64,000 nt of DNA from Proteromonas lacertae (Eukaryota), in assembly GCA_002245135.1 (NCBI GenBank), contig NGBS01000014.1, positions 62,001 to 126,000 on the forward strand, given 5' to 3'. Below, piece after piece: positions 40,503 to 54,413 of this stretch (positions are counted from its first letter, which is position 1; every line of letters starts with the position of its first letter). The notes below the pieces were generated by a model. It ran no database searches and was not told where the DNA came from. It saw nothing but the letters and a program-made list of their open reading frames with translations. The translations under genes and the position numbers were made by a program.

Positions 40503-43500
40503 TCAATTACTTTTATGAAGTTGTTGTTTCTTTAACTTCTAATTATATATTATATTATATATGTATATATATACTTCCACAAATTTATTAACATCTTCAC
40601 AACCAATATCATCAATTATTCTTCTTATTTGACTTTCTTTTAATTTACTTAAATCAAATCCAAATTCTTCTTCTTCTACATCATCATTGAGTATATGCTG
40701 CTTCTTTCTAAATAATAATACAAAATATATTTCATAATTAAATACATCACATTCTCCACACAATACCATATTAATTCTTCTTTATTCATTTTTTCAGAAA
40801 TTTCAATTTGCCAATCATTTAATAACAATCTAATTCCATCAAAATCTAATATACTACATAAAGTATATATTCTTCTTTTTTCTTCAGATAATGTTTTTAT
40901 TTTTTCTTTTCTCTTTCTGTCTTTTTCCTCTCTTTCCTCTTTTGACTTTTTACTATCAAGTATAGATTGCATTAAATCACTCTTTTTGTCTTTTAGTTTT
41001 TGATATTCATAATAACTAAGCCAATTCCAATATACAGACCAACTCAATTGTTCTTTGTCTTTGATTTTCTCAAATAAAGATTTCAATATATCATCTTCAT
41101 TCTCATTTAATGAATTTATATATGATTTTACCAATTCTGTACCTGCTTCTCTATCAATATATTCATTATTATCTTTGTCTTTTTCCTCAAATCTTATTCT
41201 ATGACATCGAAATAACAGTAAAAATATATCTATATATTATACCTTGCTTCAATCTCTAAATAATCTATTCTTTCAATAAGTTGCTTATTCTTTTCATTTC
41301 CTATTCCTAAAAAAGATTCATATATTCTATTAGTAATATTAAAATTCTTATATATCAATCCACTTACTATTAAAACAATAAAAGCTGTTGTTGAATATTT
41401 AAAATAATGCAAAATAAAACACAATAATAACGAAAATAGAACAGTAATTGTAGTAGTAGACATTCTTTCTATCATTTTTTGCCAGTATACTTCCCACAAC
41501 AACTCTTTATCTACTTTGGTTAATCTACTATTTTCTGTTTTCTTTTTCTTTATTAAGCTAGAATAAAACATAACTATAATGGTAAAAAATACAAATAATC
41601 CAAACATTCTTTTCCCACATCAACAATTAATGAAATAAAAGCAATATATAATCCAGACAATATTCCATTATTTACAGGACATACATATGGCTTTGCTAAG
41701 CCGACTTTAATTCCACTATATTTCAGAATTTCTAATGCAGTTTCACTTATATGACTATATGTATCTTTCAACATTTGATCATCTAATAATCTATATTTTC
41801 TTAATGCACTATCTTTTATTCTGGAAGCTTCTCTAAATATTTTAATAACATTAGATATACTCATCTGACATTAATGTAAATGGTTTATTATTTTTGAGAC
41901 TATTCGATAAATCGTTGAATGAACTTAACTGCGAATAGCTACTTGTAAATATACACTCTTCATTATTTCCATTTTCATTATTATCAACAATAACACTTAT
42001 TCTCAATCTGTTTATATATCCTCTTGTCATTTTTTTTATTTCTTCACTTATTTTTTTCTTTTCACAGTATAAATAATATTGATTATTTATTATCATTAAT
42101 AAACTAATAACAACTCCTACTACAACAATGGCAATAATATATAGAATACTCTAATTGCAAATTAACAAATAGTTTATATATATTATACACCTAATCCATT
42201 TAAAATGGATAATATAATTGTCATTATTTTTCTTATAATTCTTAAAAGGAAATAAGGTGATATAGCAGCTGTGTCATTATTACTAGTAGTAGCAGATGAT
42301 AAAACTAGAATAATTTAGACTATATGTATATATATATATATACAAAATGAATAAACAAATATATTAATTACATCAGTACAAATACTTGCTATATGTAAAA
42401 TGTTATTCACTTGATTTTCATTATTTGTTTCTTTTCCATAAAGAGTTACTAAAAATTTCCTTCGGCTATCTTCTTTTTCTAATATAATCCTTGATTGTTC
42501 TAACAATTCTTGTGATTCATTTTCATTACATATAGACTTTTCTTTATTATTATATGCTGGTTTAATATGTCCAGCAGAACAGTTTATTGGCAATCCCATT
42601 CTTGTATAAAAGTCCATATTCTTATTGATCTAAAATAAACATTATATATGATAAATATACTTCAATTCTTGTAATAAATTCAGCGATATTATGAAAATAA
42701 TTAACCATATAATGACTGCTCATATCTTTAGATATTACCTCGTATTGTAATGTTGATATAATTCTCTTTACATATTTTTCTTCCTTAAGTACTACATAAT
42801 CATTATTAATATCTGAATTATTACACTAATTAAAAGCATAACCATATATATATATATAATACAAAATAATATCTTCCAATTGGCAGATAAGTTGCTATTC
42901 TATACTCTTCATATTTATGATATATAATAATATAAAAAGCATATGGTATGATTAGTAAAGATCCATATACTATAAATTTTATAACTACTTCAAGATTTGA
43001 AGTAGGTAAAATTGAAAGGATGCATCTAAACAATATAAAATATAATTGGATATACAATATCCATGTTAAAAAATTTCCCAATATATCAACTAATATATAG
43101 TATGATAAAAACATATATTTATACAAAATGAATACTTATTGGATGATGCTGGTACAGAATCACCTTCATTAACGAAGTTAAAAAAACGACTGTTATATTG
43201 CTTTTCTTTACAGCTATCTAATACTCCTCTAGATATACAGAGAGGAGCGCCAAATGTTATGCAATTAACTTCTACTTCATTTTCATTATAATAATCACTA
43301 AACAAAACAGTTAATGTTGCTAATGTAGCAGCAGCTCCACCTAAAGAATGACCACAAAATATTAGTCTTTTATGTTTTGATTTTGCTAATTCAAATATTG
43401 GTATGATATCCACTTCTTTGCTTCTTTTATAAAAACCACTATGAACAAAACCTCCAAATTTCTTTTCTGAAAATACATTCACATCTGTTATTACATCCCT

Positions 43501-44060
43501 CTTATCTTCAGTACCTCTATAACATACAAATACAGATGTTCCACTTTCTACAATTGTAGCTTTTGCTTCTGGAATATATTTATAGTATTCTAATTTGGCA
43601 AAAGTTTCAATCCATTTTTTTGTATCTTCCTCTGTTGTAGCATATGCTAAATATAATGCAGAAAATAACTCACCTTTAAATATGTTTCTAAAGAATATTT
43701 TCTCTGTACAATTTTGATATCCAAAATAATTGGGATTCTTCTCTATTGAAATTTTATCTAACATAAAATAGATAAATAACAAATTGGAAAGATTTTTCTT
43801 TCATACATATTTCTTCTTCATTAACAGGAGGAGTTTGTTCTTCATTTGTTTTATTCCATGTAAACATGTATATTATCCACCCATATGCAAACTTTATCCA
43901 CATAATTAACCTTTTAACTGAAATACTATCTCTTAAACCTAAATCACAAATTAAAAATAGTAACAGAAATACATTTCCAATATGTGCTCACTTTCCCCCC
44001 TAAGACTTGAAGTTGTGATTGTTTATCTGGGTTGTTCATCATATCTGTAGCAACATTCAT
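40503..44060 (-). CDS. Class 3 lipase fused to a degenerate J-like domain and TM segments, many exons
   Basis: YRGT, VHSGF, GHSLGG, TFGAP, VNEGDSVP and later SHYMVNY. GT-AG junctions join the ORFs from ATG 44060 to TGA 40503; junctions around 42100-42350 were checked less fully. Confidence 0.7.
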
Positions 44061-44133
44061 TTTTAATTGTTTCAAAAATAGATGAGTTTCACAATTCAAA
44101 ATTTAAAAAGAAATATTTCGCTTCTCTAATAAG

Positions 44134-47100
44134 ATGAGTAATATTTATGGAATAGATATTGGAAACTACAAAATAGTACTTGCTGTAAATGAAAATGGAA
44201 GTAATGTTACAAAAATAGTTGAGAATTCTCTTTCAGAAAAGAGTACAAGGTATAGCAATAATTAAAACTTATTTTAAAATAGAACAGTGATCACATTTTC
44301 AAACACTAATTACTTCATAGGAAGGAGTGGTGTTCAAAATGTATATAGTTTGTTCTAGGAGTTGATATACTATTATAGATGGTAAGGCATAACTCAAGAG
44401 CTATATATGGAGTGAAAGATTTATTAGGTTTAGACTGGAATGAAGATACTCTTCAATATCACATTCCATGTGATTTAATCAACAAAAACCATCAATTTTA
44501 TTGGAAATGTGGAAATACAACAGGTACAAAACTGCTTAATGGATATGAAATGTCAATTGAAAAAATCTACTCCATATATTTGAATTACATAAAATCTCAA
44601 TGTGAATCTAATTCACCATCACTTATATTTTCATTCCCATGTTATTACAATGACATTCAAAAATCAATTTTTTCAGATTTATGTTGTAGAATAGGAAATA
44701 ATGATAATACTATAAAAACTCATATAATACCTGAGAATTTAGCATTAGGAATAACATATGGTTATGAAAATAACCAAAATTTTGTAAGTGGAAAAGAATA
44801 TCCAATAATAATTGCTGATATAGGAAATTGTACAACTACATTATCATTGTTTATATATCGTAAAGTATATATATTATATATTATAATGAATAGAATGAAT
44901 TAGATTTAATAAACACAATATGTGATAATAAATTAGGAGGAAGGAATATAGATATAATAATCATCAATACAATACTAAACAAAATAAAACAAATCTATCC
45001 AGAAGTAGATATAAATAATAAGAAAACATATTTCAAAATATATAATGAAATCATAAAAATAAAAGAAAAATTATCAGCTGAAGGTGCAGATACAATAAAT
45101 ATAGAAATTGATAATATTTATGATGATGAAACATTTTCTGATATTTTCTCCATAAATGAATTGAATAATTTAATATATTCCAATTCAATTGTTCAGAGAA
45201 TATTGTATTTATTAAACCAACTAATTGAGAATATTCATCCTGCTATAAAAAGAGATGTAAAAATAGTAATAAGTGGAGGAACTGTAAGAATTCCATACAT
45301 TCAGAATGAACTAATTAAATGGTTAAGTAATGTAAAAAATGATGGCAATACTCATAATCTAATTAAAACCATAAATATGGATGAATCAATAGCGAATGGT
45401 TGTTGTTATTATGGTTTAATATTAAGTGGTAAATGGAATTATATAATAAAAAGTAGTATTGAATTACCAATAGTAATCGATGAACATATTTTAAGTGAAA
45501 TTAAAATTCAAAATATTGAAGAATTTATACAAAATTTAACTTCAATTAATGATAAAACAACAAAGAAATCATCTATTAGGAATGAATCTGAAAGATTGTT
45601 ATACGAATGTCAAAGAGAAATAAACAACCATCCAAATGACAATAGAAATGAAAAAATGAAATCATTTTTAATGCAATTTACTGAAGATTTGAAATGTCCA
45701 GAAAATAACTTCAGATCAAGAGATTATATTGAAAATCAATATGAGATAATGAAAGAAAGATATTTGAATTATATAAATAATAGACCGATTGATTCTTCTA
45801 CTTATATTAAGCCAAATTGTGAGGAATATTCTCCTATCAATTTATATGATATTCCTAAAACTCCAATGGAAGTAATTACAAATAATAATAATTATGAAAA
45901 TGAAAGTAATTTTACTCCTCAAATTCCTGGTTATGTGATAAGTCCAATTGTTGAGAAATCAACTGCAAATAGTACTCCAAATAATACTATTAAAGTTGAA
46001 GAACAAGATGATAATAATAGTGTTGATTCTTTAGAAGGCTCTATACCTGAAATAACAAAGCAGATGTTTGAAGAATCTATGAAAATACAAAATGAAAATA
46101 AAAATGAAAAGGAAAATGAAAATATGAAATTAACTCCAGAATCTTTACCAGATATTACTCCTGATAAGTATAAAGAATCTATGAAGATAGAAAATAAAAT
46201 TAAGAACATAGAAGATAATAAGGATGGAGAAGATGATAATAGTGTTGATTCTTTAGAAGGCTCTATACCTGAAATAACAAAGCAGATGTTTGAAGAATCT
46301 ATGAAAATACAAAATGAAAATAAAAATGAAAAGGAAAATGAAAATATGAAATTAACTCCAGAATCTTTACCAGATATTTCTACTGATAAGTATAAAGAAT
46401 CTATAAAACTACAAAATGAAATAAATGATAATAATAATAATGAAGTAAAAAAGGAAGAATCTGATTTAGATAAAGAGTTTAAGACATCTTCAGAATATAA
46501 TGAAGAAATAAAAGAAGAATTAAATAATAATAATAATATAAACTATCCATCATTAAACAATAATACTGCAGGCGAAGAACACTATTCTATAAAGGCACAA
46601 TATATTGATTATATAAAGGAATTGATGTATAAATATATTGCTTATTTGCTTATATATATTTAATAGAAAGGAAATGAAGAAATATGAAAGTATTGAAAAT
46701 AAATATTACATGAAATATAAATCAAATATAGAAGAAATTGATCTATTTTATAACAATGAAGATCTTAATCCTGATAATATAAATCAAAGTGTTTTAGAAA
46801 CTCAATATAAACAAATAATGAATAGAGTGTTAGTGTTTAAAGAGTTTAACAATAATAGAAATGAATGTAAATCATTAATGTATATATTATTATATTAAAT
46901 AGTTATTTATTAATATATACATAGAAATAAGCTAGAAATCAAGTGTAAAAGAGAAAAAAATGAAGAAATGAAGAAGATAATTGAAAAAGTTAAACTATTA
47001 TATGACAATACAACAAGTAGTGAAGAATTAAAAGAACTAATTAAAGAAATTAATAAAATACTGAATTTACAACCAGGAAAACAAAATATCATTAATAATC

Positions 47101-48473
47101 AAAATAAACCATATAATCAAAATATTCAAACTTTGAACAGTGAAAAGAATCAAATATATACTTTACTGTATAAGATATATATATATATTATTGTTATATA
47201 TAGTAAAACTATTCAAAAAATATATAATAGATATACATGTTTCAATCTGCCAAGAGAATATTCATATATATTCAATAAAGATTATAATAAGATTAGCAAA
47301 AATGATATAAACAACATGTCTATCGATTTGATAAATATATTTAATGATGAATTATCAAGATTATATAATAAACTAAAAGAAATACTATACAGAATATATG
47401 AAATGGAAGTGTATATAATATAATAATATTAATATAAAATATATAGAAGAGAATTGAATGGTTATATTAATCAATTCAGATATATTTTACATCATCTAAC
47501 TATTCGAATGGAAGAGATAAATAAAATTCAATATAAAAAGCCAGTCAGTTTTTCTCTTATTGATAAAGCTCATGAATTAATAGATAAAATGAGAAAAGAC
47601 ATTTATCAAAGGATGAGACATAATTATAATCATCTGTATATATATATATATATATATATTCATAATAATATTATATATTATAATAGAAAATCTAATCCTA
47701 TATACAATAATATTTTACCTCCAAAAAATCAATTTACATGTGATTCATGTTTTCATTTTATGGACAATGCAAAGAAGATAGAAATTAATGATAATTATTC
47801 ATCAACTATTGATAATATAATGTATGTATCTATATATAAGAATATTATTATAATATTTGTTAATAGTTACAATTTAACATACATTCTAAGCCAATGTAAA
47901 CCTCCAATTATATCATATGACAGGTATTATTCAATCCAACAAGAAGTAAATTCTCTTCAAAAACAAAAGATGTCTATTTTATCATGTTCAGAAGAAAAAA
48001 TAGTTGAAATAATAAACCATTCTGAAAATGTAATCAATAGTTTAATTGTATTAATTGATTCTATAATATTATTAGACTGCAATCAATAATACTTGTAGAA
48101 TTGGTGAAATTGTTCTTTATCCAGTAAATGATATTCCAAACTTCTATTACGTAGGAAATATAGAGAATATAAATAATCACCAAGTTAATATAAGAATTCA
48201 TTTGCCAAATATGTTGATGAGTGGATTATCAACATCAAATATTAAAAGAATTAATGAAAATAGACTCTGTGTAGCAAATTACTATGGCAGAGAGCAATTG
48301 TTGAATATAAATGGAGAATATATTCAGATAAAGCTATTTAATGTTTATAATGATGATACGTATATATCTATAAATGTATATAAATATATTATTTTAGATG
48401 TGATTTTGTATTTAAAGGGTATTTACTTAATTCTGCTTTTGATGTAATAAATAACTATTTAACTAAATATTAA
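44134..48473 (+). CDS. Divergent Hsp70/Hsp110-family protein with long C-terminal extension
   Basis: YGIDIGN, IADIGN, LGGRNID, SGGTVRIP, TINMDESIANGC. The 3' exons and stop position are less certain. Confidence 0.7.
46012..46402 (+). repeat. Intragenic tandem duplication, period 222 nt (74 aa)
   Basis: NSVDSLEGSIPEITKQMFEESMKIQNENKNEKENENMKLTPESLPDI occurs twice with near-identical DNA (46021 matches 46243). Confidence 0.95.
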
Positions 48474-48601
48474 TTATTTTTATCGCTGTTTGTGTAACAC
48501 TGGGGTATTAAATGATTATTTTTATAAGAGTGTAATTGTGTTTCTTTGTTTTTTATATTCAAACATGTTTGGATTTGAATCGACAAAATATTTAATTTTG
48601 A

Positions 48602-49370
48602 ATGGCGAGTGCTGGAGATGTTGTATTCTCAATATATAGCTGGGTGTGTATATGCTCATCATGGGTATTGTATTGCAGTTCAATGTATTAATATTATTCT
48701 CTAATTGAAAAGAATGACAATGATTGGAATATTCAAAGAAAAAACCACAGGAAAATACTCTCCATTCCCATATTCTGCAATATTTGCCAATGCATCAGTA
48801 TGTACTATTTATGGCGTGTTTAGTAAGAACAACGATCTGATAATCTGCAATGCTCCTGGAATATTATTAGCAATAATCTATTTAATTATATTTTGGGTGT
48901 TTTGCGATCCTTGTCCAAGATATCAATCTATTTCACTGTTTATAGTTTTATTTATAGCTATAAGTGGCTTAACAACAGGATTGTCATTTACTAGTGATGA
49001 TACCTCTTCTTCTGTATTTGGTATATTGATGGATGTCTCTGGTTTAGTTCAATACGGCAGTCCTTTAGTAAAAATGTATGATGTAATAAAATCTAAATCA
49101 TCAAATGGCTTACCCATGCCTTTAATACTGGGAACATTGTTTTGTGCAACTTGTTGGACTATTTATGCAATAATTAAGAAAGACATATTTGTGTTAATCA
49201 TGAATGGTGTAGGTGTATTATTAGCATTACTACAATTGTCACTATGCTTTATTTATCCTTCTAAGAAAAGTGATAAAGATGTTATACTACCTTCTACAGA
49301 ATTATCATCCCCAGCATCACCTCCTGCAGTAACTATTTATGAAGAAGATATTACTCCTGTAGTAAACTGA
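48602..49370 (+). CDS. SWEET/MtN3 sugar transporter, copy 1
   Basis: Two MtN3 repeats (KTTGKYSPFPY, YGSPL...VIKSKSSNGLP, WTIY...NGVG), 7 TM helices, one 28-nt intron after the first exon. Confidence 0.9.
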
Positions 49371-49548
49371 AGTTTTATATTTGTCATTATATAATATAAA
49401 GTAAACTATCTCATCTATATAGTATTTGTATGTTCGTATTATATCAAATAACATAATAATATATTCACTCGTCCATTTCATCAGAATTGAACAACCGATG
49501 AAAACAATCATTTCAACAATCGAGTGTTTGAAAACAATCCGAAAAACA

Positions 49549-51963
49549 ATGAGCTTTGAAAATTTTTTATATGATGTAATATTTCAGCAGTATGTTTTAG
49601 GTAAAAACATAGTTGAAGTTCCAAAAACAAAGGATCAAGAAACGAAATTAGGGAAGAGAAAGAAGGGTTATATTAACATTTTAAAGAAGAGAGTATAATT
49701 ATACTCATATGCTATAGGGACTACACACTCGAAGTATAGAAAAGCAAATAAGAAGCTGTCATGAAGAATTTGTATATGTACTTTTACTATTTCTTTAGAT
49801 TGTTGATCAGTTATATATTAAAGCTTCATCCACAAAATCTATTAATTTTTGGAATAGAGAAGACTTATCAAAAGAATTGAATTGCTTGAGAAAAGGTGAT
49901 TTTTCAAAAGTTGTAGAAATGACAATGAGAGGTAAAAATAGACAAGCATTAATACACTATTATGCTACTGAACTGTTTGCCAATGAAATTGTATATTATT
50001 TTTTACTTCATAACATTTAGATTACAAAAAGTCTAAAGAATTACTTTATAACAAATGCATCAATGACAATAAAGTTTAGTAATCTTACCAACAAGATTGA
50101 ACATTACAGATTTATAAAATATTGGGATAGGAAGAAAGTATTAATCAAGTATTTAGATCAAAGTTTCACAGAAACTGATATAATCAAACTATGGAAAGGT
50201 TATAAAGGTAAATACATTTACATAGATTTTGGTATACAGAATATAGATGAAAATAATATCAAAGAAATGATGATTAAGAAAGTCTGTAAATCATTACCGA
50301 ATATTGATATTTATAATAAAGAAATGCCAGATTTTGAAAAGAATGTATATTTATAATATATATATATATTTATTATAAATAGTATTGTAAGGATATACTA
50401 CATTACTATTTAAAGAATTATGTTATTCCATCTTTATCAAAATTATGTTTTAAAGAGATATATAAAAAAGCAAAACTCAATTATTTGAATAATATCAGAG
50501 ATCAGTTGAATGAATTATATGATAAAAAGCCAATTAAGAATACCAATATAATGTGTATTGTAGCAGATTATGTAAATGGTTGTTGCTGTAGAGTTTATGA
50601 TAAGAATGAACAAGCTGTTGATAAGTTTGAAATATATTTAGATTCATATAAGAAAATAATCAACAATGATTATAAAGAAATTGAAGATAAAATTAACAAT
50701 TGCATTAATGAGATAAAGAGCATGAATGATAGTATGATTATGACAAGTAATGAAATGAATAAGAATGAATATATAGAAAGAATAAATAAAAAGAAAAATA
50801 TTAGAAACAGATTAAGAAGAAAACTCAATAAATTGAAATATAAAATTTGTCTATTTAAAGATAATAAGAAAGAATTATGTGATAAAATTAAAAAATATGA
50901 AATTCAATTAATTGCAATAGGAAATGGTTCATTCAGTGGTGAAGTAGAAGATATATTAAGACAAATAATCAAAGAGAATGAAAATGTAAAATATGTTGTA
51001 TTAGATGAATTAAAAAAAGAAAAAAAGAGTATTTCAATTGAAGAAAGAGATAATTTACTGGATGAAAGAAACAGATCAATATATAATCAACTTGTTAATC
51101 CATTTGAAGAGTATAGTCAATCTCCATTAGAAGCATTACATTATTATGATAATAACAGTTGTGATATAATCAGTGAAAAAACTATCAATCGATTGATAAA
51201 AGAAGTAACTGAAAACCATAAGAAAATGATTGATAACAATAATGTCTATGATATTAATAATATTAATAATAATCAACAAGAATCATTAATACCTAAAAGT
51301 CTTGATAAATTAATAAATGCAACATTATTGTGTAGAAGAATTGATGCAACAGCGTTTAGTTTAAACTTGCCAATATCTGGTATATATCGTGTACCACCAT
51401 TCTATAAGAAATGTATAAAATATTTGTTTCAAAGAAACACCAAGAGAATAGCTGATAAGAAATTATTGGGAATGGTTCAAGATGAAAAAAATAAGAAAAA
51501 TGAATTAGAGATACTAAGTAAGAATTACACTGAATATCTTAAATCGATTAAACATCAGACAATTGTGAAAATGAAACTGAATAAGATTATTTATAGACGT
51601 TTATACTTGTCATTGATTGATGATTATGAATTATTAGAAAAAAGAAGAAAAAGTATGAAAAAAAGATATTTATATGAAAATATTCCATATTGTACTAATT
51701 TGGATGAACCAAATAAGAAAATAATAGGAAAAGTGACAAAAATTGAGAAAAATTACTGTTTAGTAAGAGAATCTAAATATGGAAATATTGGAAGATTATA
51801 TCAAGAAGATTATAATTCTTATACACCAACTGTAGGAGATGAAAAACAATTCAATATAATTTTTTCAGCTATTGATGAAATCAAGCTTGTTGCAGGTGAA
51901 ATGAATAGTTTCAGAAAATTTTTGAAGAACATAAAAAACATTAAAGGATTTGATTTGATATGA
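49549..51963 (+). CDS. Divergent Spt6/Tex-family protein (YqgF-like and S1-like domains)
   Basis: IQLIAIGNG...YVVLDE (YqgF-like), QLVNPFEEY, and C-terminal S1-like IIGKVTKIEK...GRL...VGD. The 5' exon structure is uncertain. Confidence 0.55.
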
Positions 51964-52035
51964 GTGTAATTGTGTTTCTTTGTTTTTTATATTCAAACAT
52001 GTTTGGATTTGAATCGACAAAATATTTAATTTTGA

Positions 52036-52822
52036 ATGGCGAGTGCTGGAGATGTTGTATTCTCAATATATAGCTGGGTGTGTATATGCTCATCATGGGT
52101 ATTGTATTGCAGTTCAATGTATTAATATTATTCTCTAATTGAAAAGAATGACAATGATTGGAATATTCAAAGAAAAAACCACAGGAAAATACTCTCCATT
52201 CCCATATTCTGCAATATTTGCCAATGCATCAGTATGTACTATTTATGGCGTGTTTAGTAAGAACAACGATCTGATAATCTGCAATGCTCCTGGAATATTA
52301 TTAGCAATAATCTATTTAATTATATTTTGGGTGTTTTGCGATCCTTATCCTCGAAATCAGTCAATTGCACTTTTTATATTCTTATATATAGCTATAAGTG
52401 GTGTAACAGTTGGATTAATATATATTGATGATGATGCTTCTTCTTCTGTATTTGGTATATTGATGAATATTTCAGGAATGGTTCAATATGGCAGTCCTTT
52501 AGTAAAAGTGTATGATGTGATAAAAAGTCAATCTTCAAATGGTTTACCTATGCCATTGATATTGGGATCATTGTTTTGTTCTGGTTGTTGGTTAATTTAT
52601 TCAATAATTAAAAAAGACATATTTGTGTTAATTCTAAATGGAGTAGGTGTGTTATTGGCATTAATGCAATTATCGTTGTTCTGTATATATCCTTCGAAAA
52701 AGGAAAGAAGAGATATTACTATTCCAGCTGATTTAAAACTATCATCTCCATCTTTAACTCTGCTGATTGAAGAGGAAACAATAAATTTTTATGAAGATGA
52801 TGTTGATCCTATACTAAACTAA
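52036..52822 (+). CDS. SWEET/MtN3 sugar transporter, copy 2
   Basis: Paralogue of 48602-49370 with the same intron and an identical 5' half. Confidence 0.9.
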
Positions 52823-54413
52823 AATCTCTATTTGTATTGTTAAAGTGATAGTAAATATTAATGTAAAATATGTAAATTAAGTAAATATTATTTGAATATG
52901 TTTGTTTTTCCAGTTTATATAAAGGGAATGATTTTAATTACAACAATCACTCATGTCACATATTCTGAATATCAAATAATAAGTATAATATCCAAATTGT
53001 ATTAACATAACTCTTTTCAGCTGCTACAATCATTTTATAAGGTAAAATTTAAAAAAATATACTTTCAAGCCTCAAGCTTTTGATAATTTTTTGTTTTTTA
53101 GAAAGTCTCTAATTAGACTTTGTGTATATAGATTTATAGCAACTTTGCTATGATACGATGTCTGAATGGGGAGATGGAGATTTACCTATGAGGTTTTATA
53201 TCTACAACCTCCAATTCTTCTGAATATACCATAAAATTCATTTTTGAAGAATTTTAATTAGACTGTTTAAATATACAACCGCAAAAAATTGTTAATAATA
53301 AAATCTTATTGGCAGATATAGATAGTTAGAGAATGTCTATAATCTTCATTCACTAATAATAATTAGTGATTCTGAAGTTCAATAGTAAAAGATATTCAGT
53401 ATGGTCAGTATAATATGTGTAGTAATATTTTAATGTACAAAGGCAACTTTTTAGATGACTCCTTAGAAAAATTTAGTAAATAGATTCAACATTATCCAAC
53501 AAATCTTCAAATGAATTAAGTAATGATTTTAACATTACTAATTGAGTTTTTTTTATTAAACATAGAAAATACTAAAAAATGAATATAAATTATGTTACTA
53601 ATATGTTTTGATTTTGCTAAATACCCACAATAGAAAATCATCTACTGAATTTTATTTAATAATATCAATCAATTAAAGTGGATAGAACAAAAATCTATTA
53701 ATTATATGCAATTATTAGCTATGCACATCAAATGGAATCAGAAAAGCAATTTGGAATACTTAGTAAACCAAATTAAGTTAGCCAATATTAGTTTACAGCA
53801 ACAATAGAAGAACGAAGAATATGAGATATATAAAAAACACTGCTTAGAAAAATATTGCTAAATGATTTTTTAAGGGTTCATTTAAAAAAAAGTAATATAA
53901 ATGATTTCTTCTTACACTTTCTTTTGTTTACTTCCTTGCTTATAGAAATTAAAGTCTATCACTTCCTCTAAGTAAATAAGTGAAAAAAAGAAATAGAAAG
54001 TGGAATTGAGGAATAGTTAAAAAGGTCTATTTTAGAATTACTAGAAGGTTAGAAGCAAACGAATTGTAAAAAAAATCACCATATTGTGCTATATCACACA
54101 ATATGGTGTGGATGCTATCTTCATCCTTATTTGGTAATTTTTGAAATTTAGATAGATTATGTTTTATTATAGAAGCATAATTATGGAATGACTTCTGTAG
54201 ATAAAATTTATGAGAAGTATAAAATCATTCATGCTAAGAAATCTATTTGATAGTAATACTAGTTAATAGTGAATTACAGTAGATTTTAATAGAAAATGGT
54301 TTGAAACATAATCAAAACCGTTGATTTTCTTATTTATATTATAATTAATATATTCTATTAAAAAAATGATAAAATACTAAAGATCATAAAAACATTAAAA
54401 ATATATATTGATG

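Noticed and set aside
43930..44060. C/D-box-like ATGATGA and G-run suggesting a snoRNA
   Set aside because: It reads as the in-frame first coding exon of the lipase gene, followed by a normal GT-AG intron.
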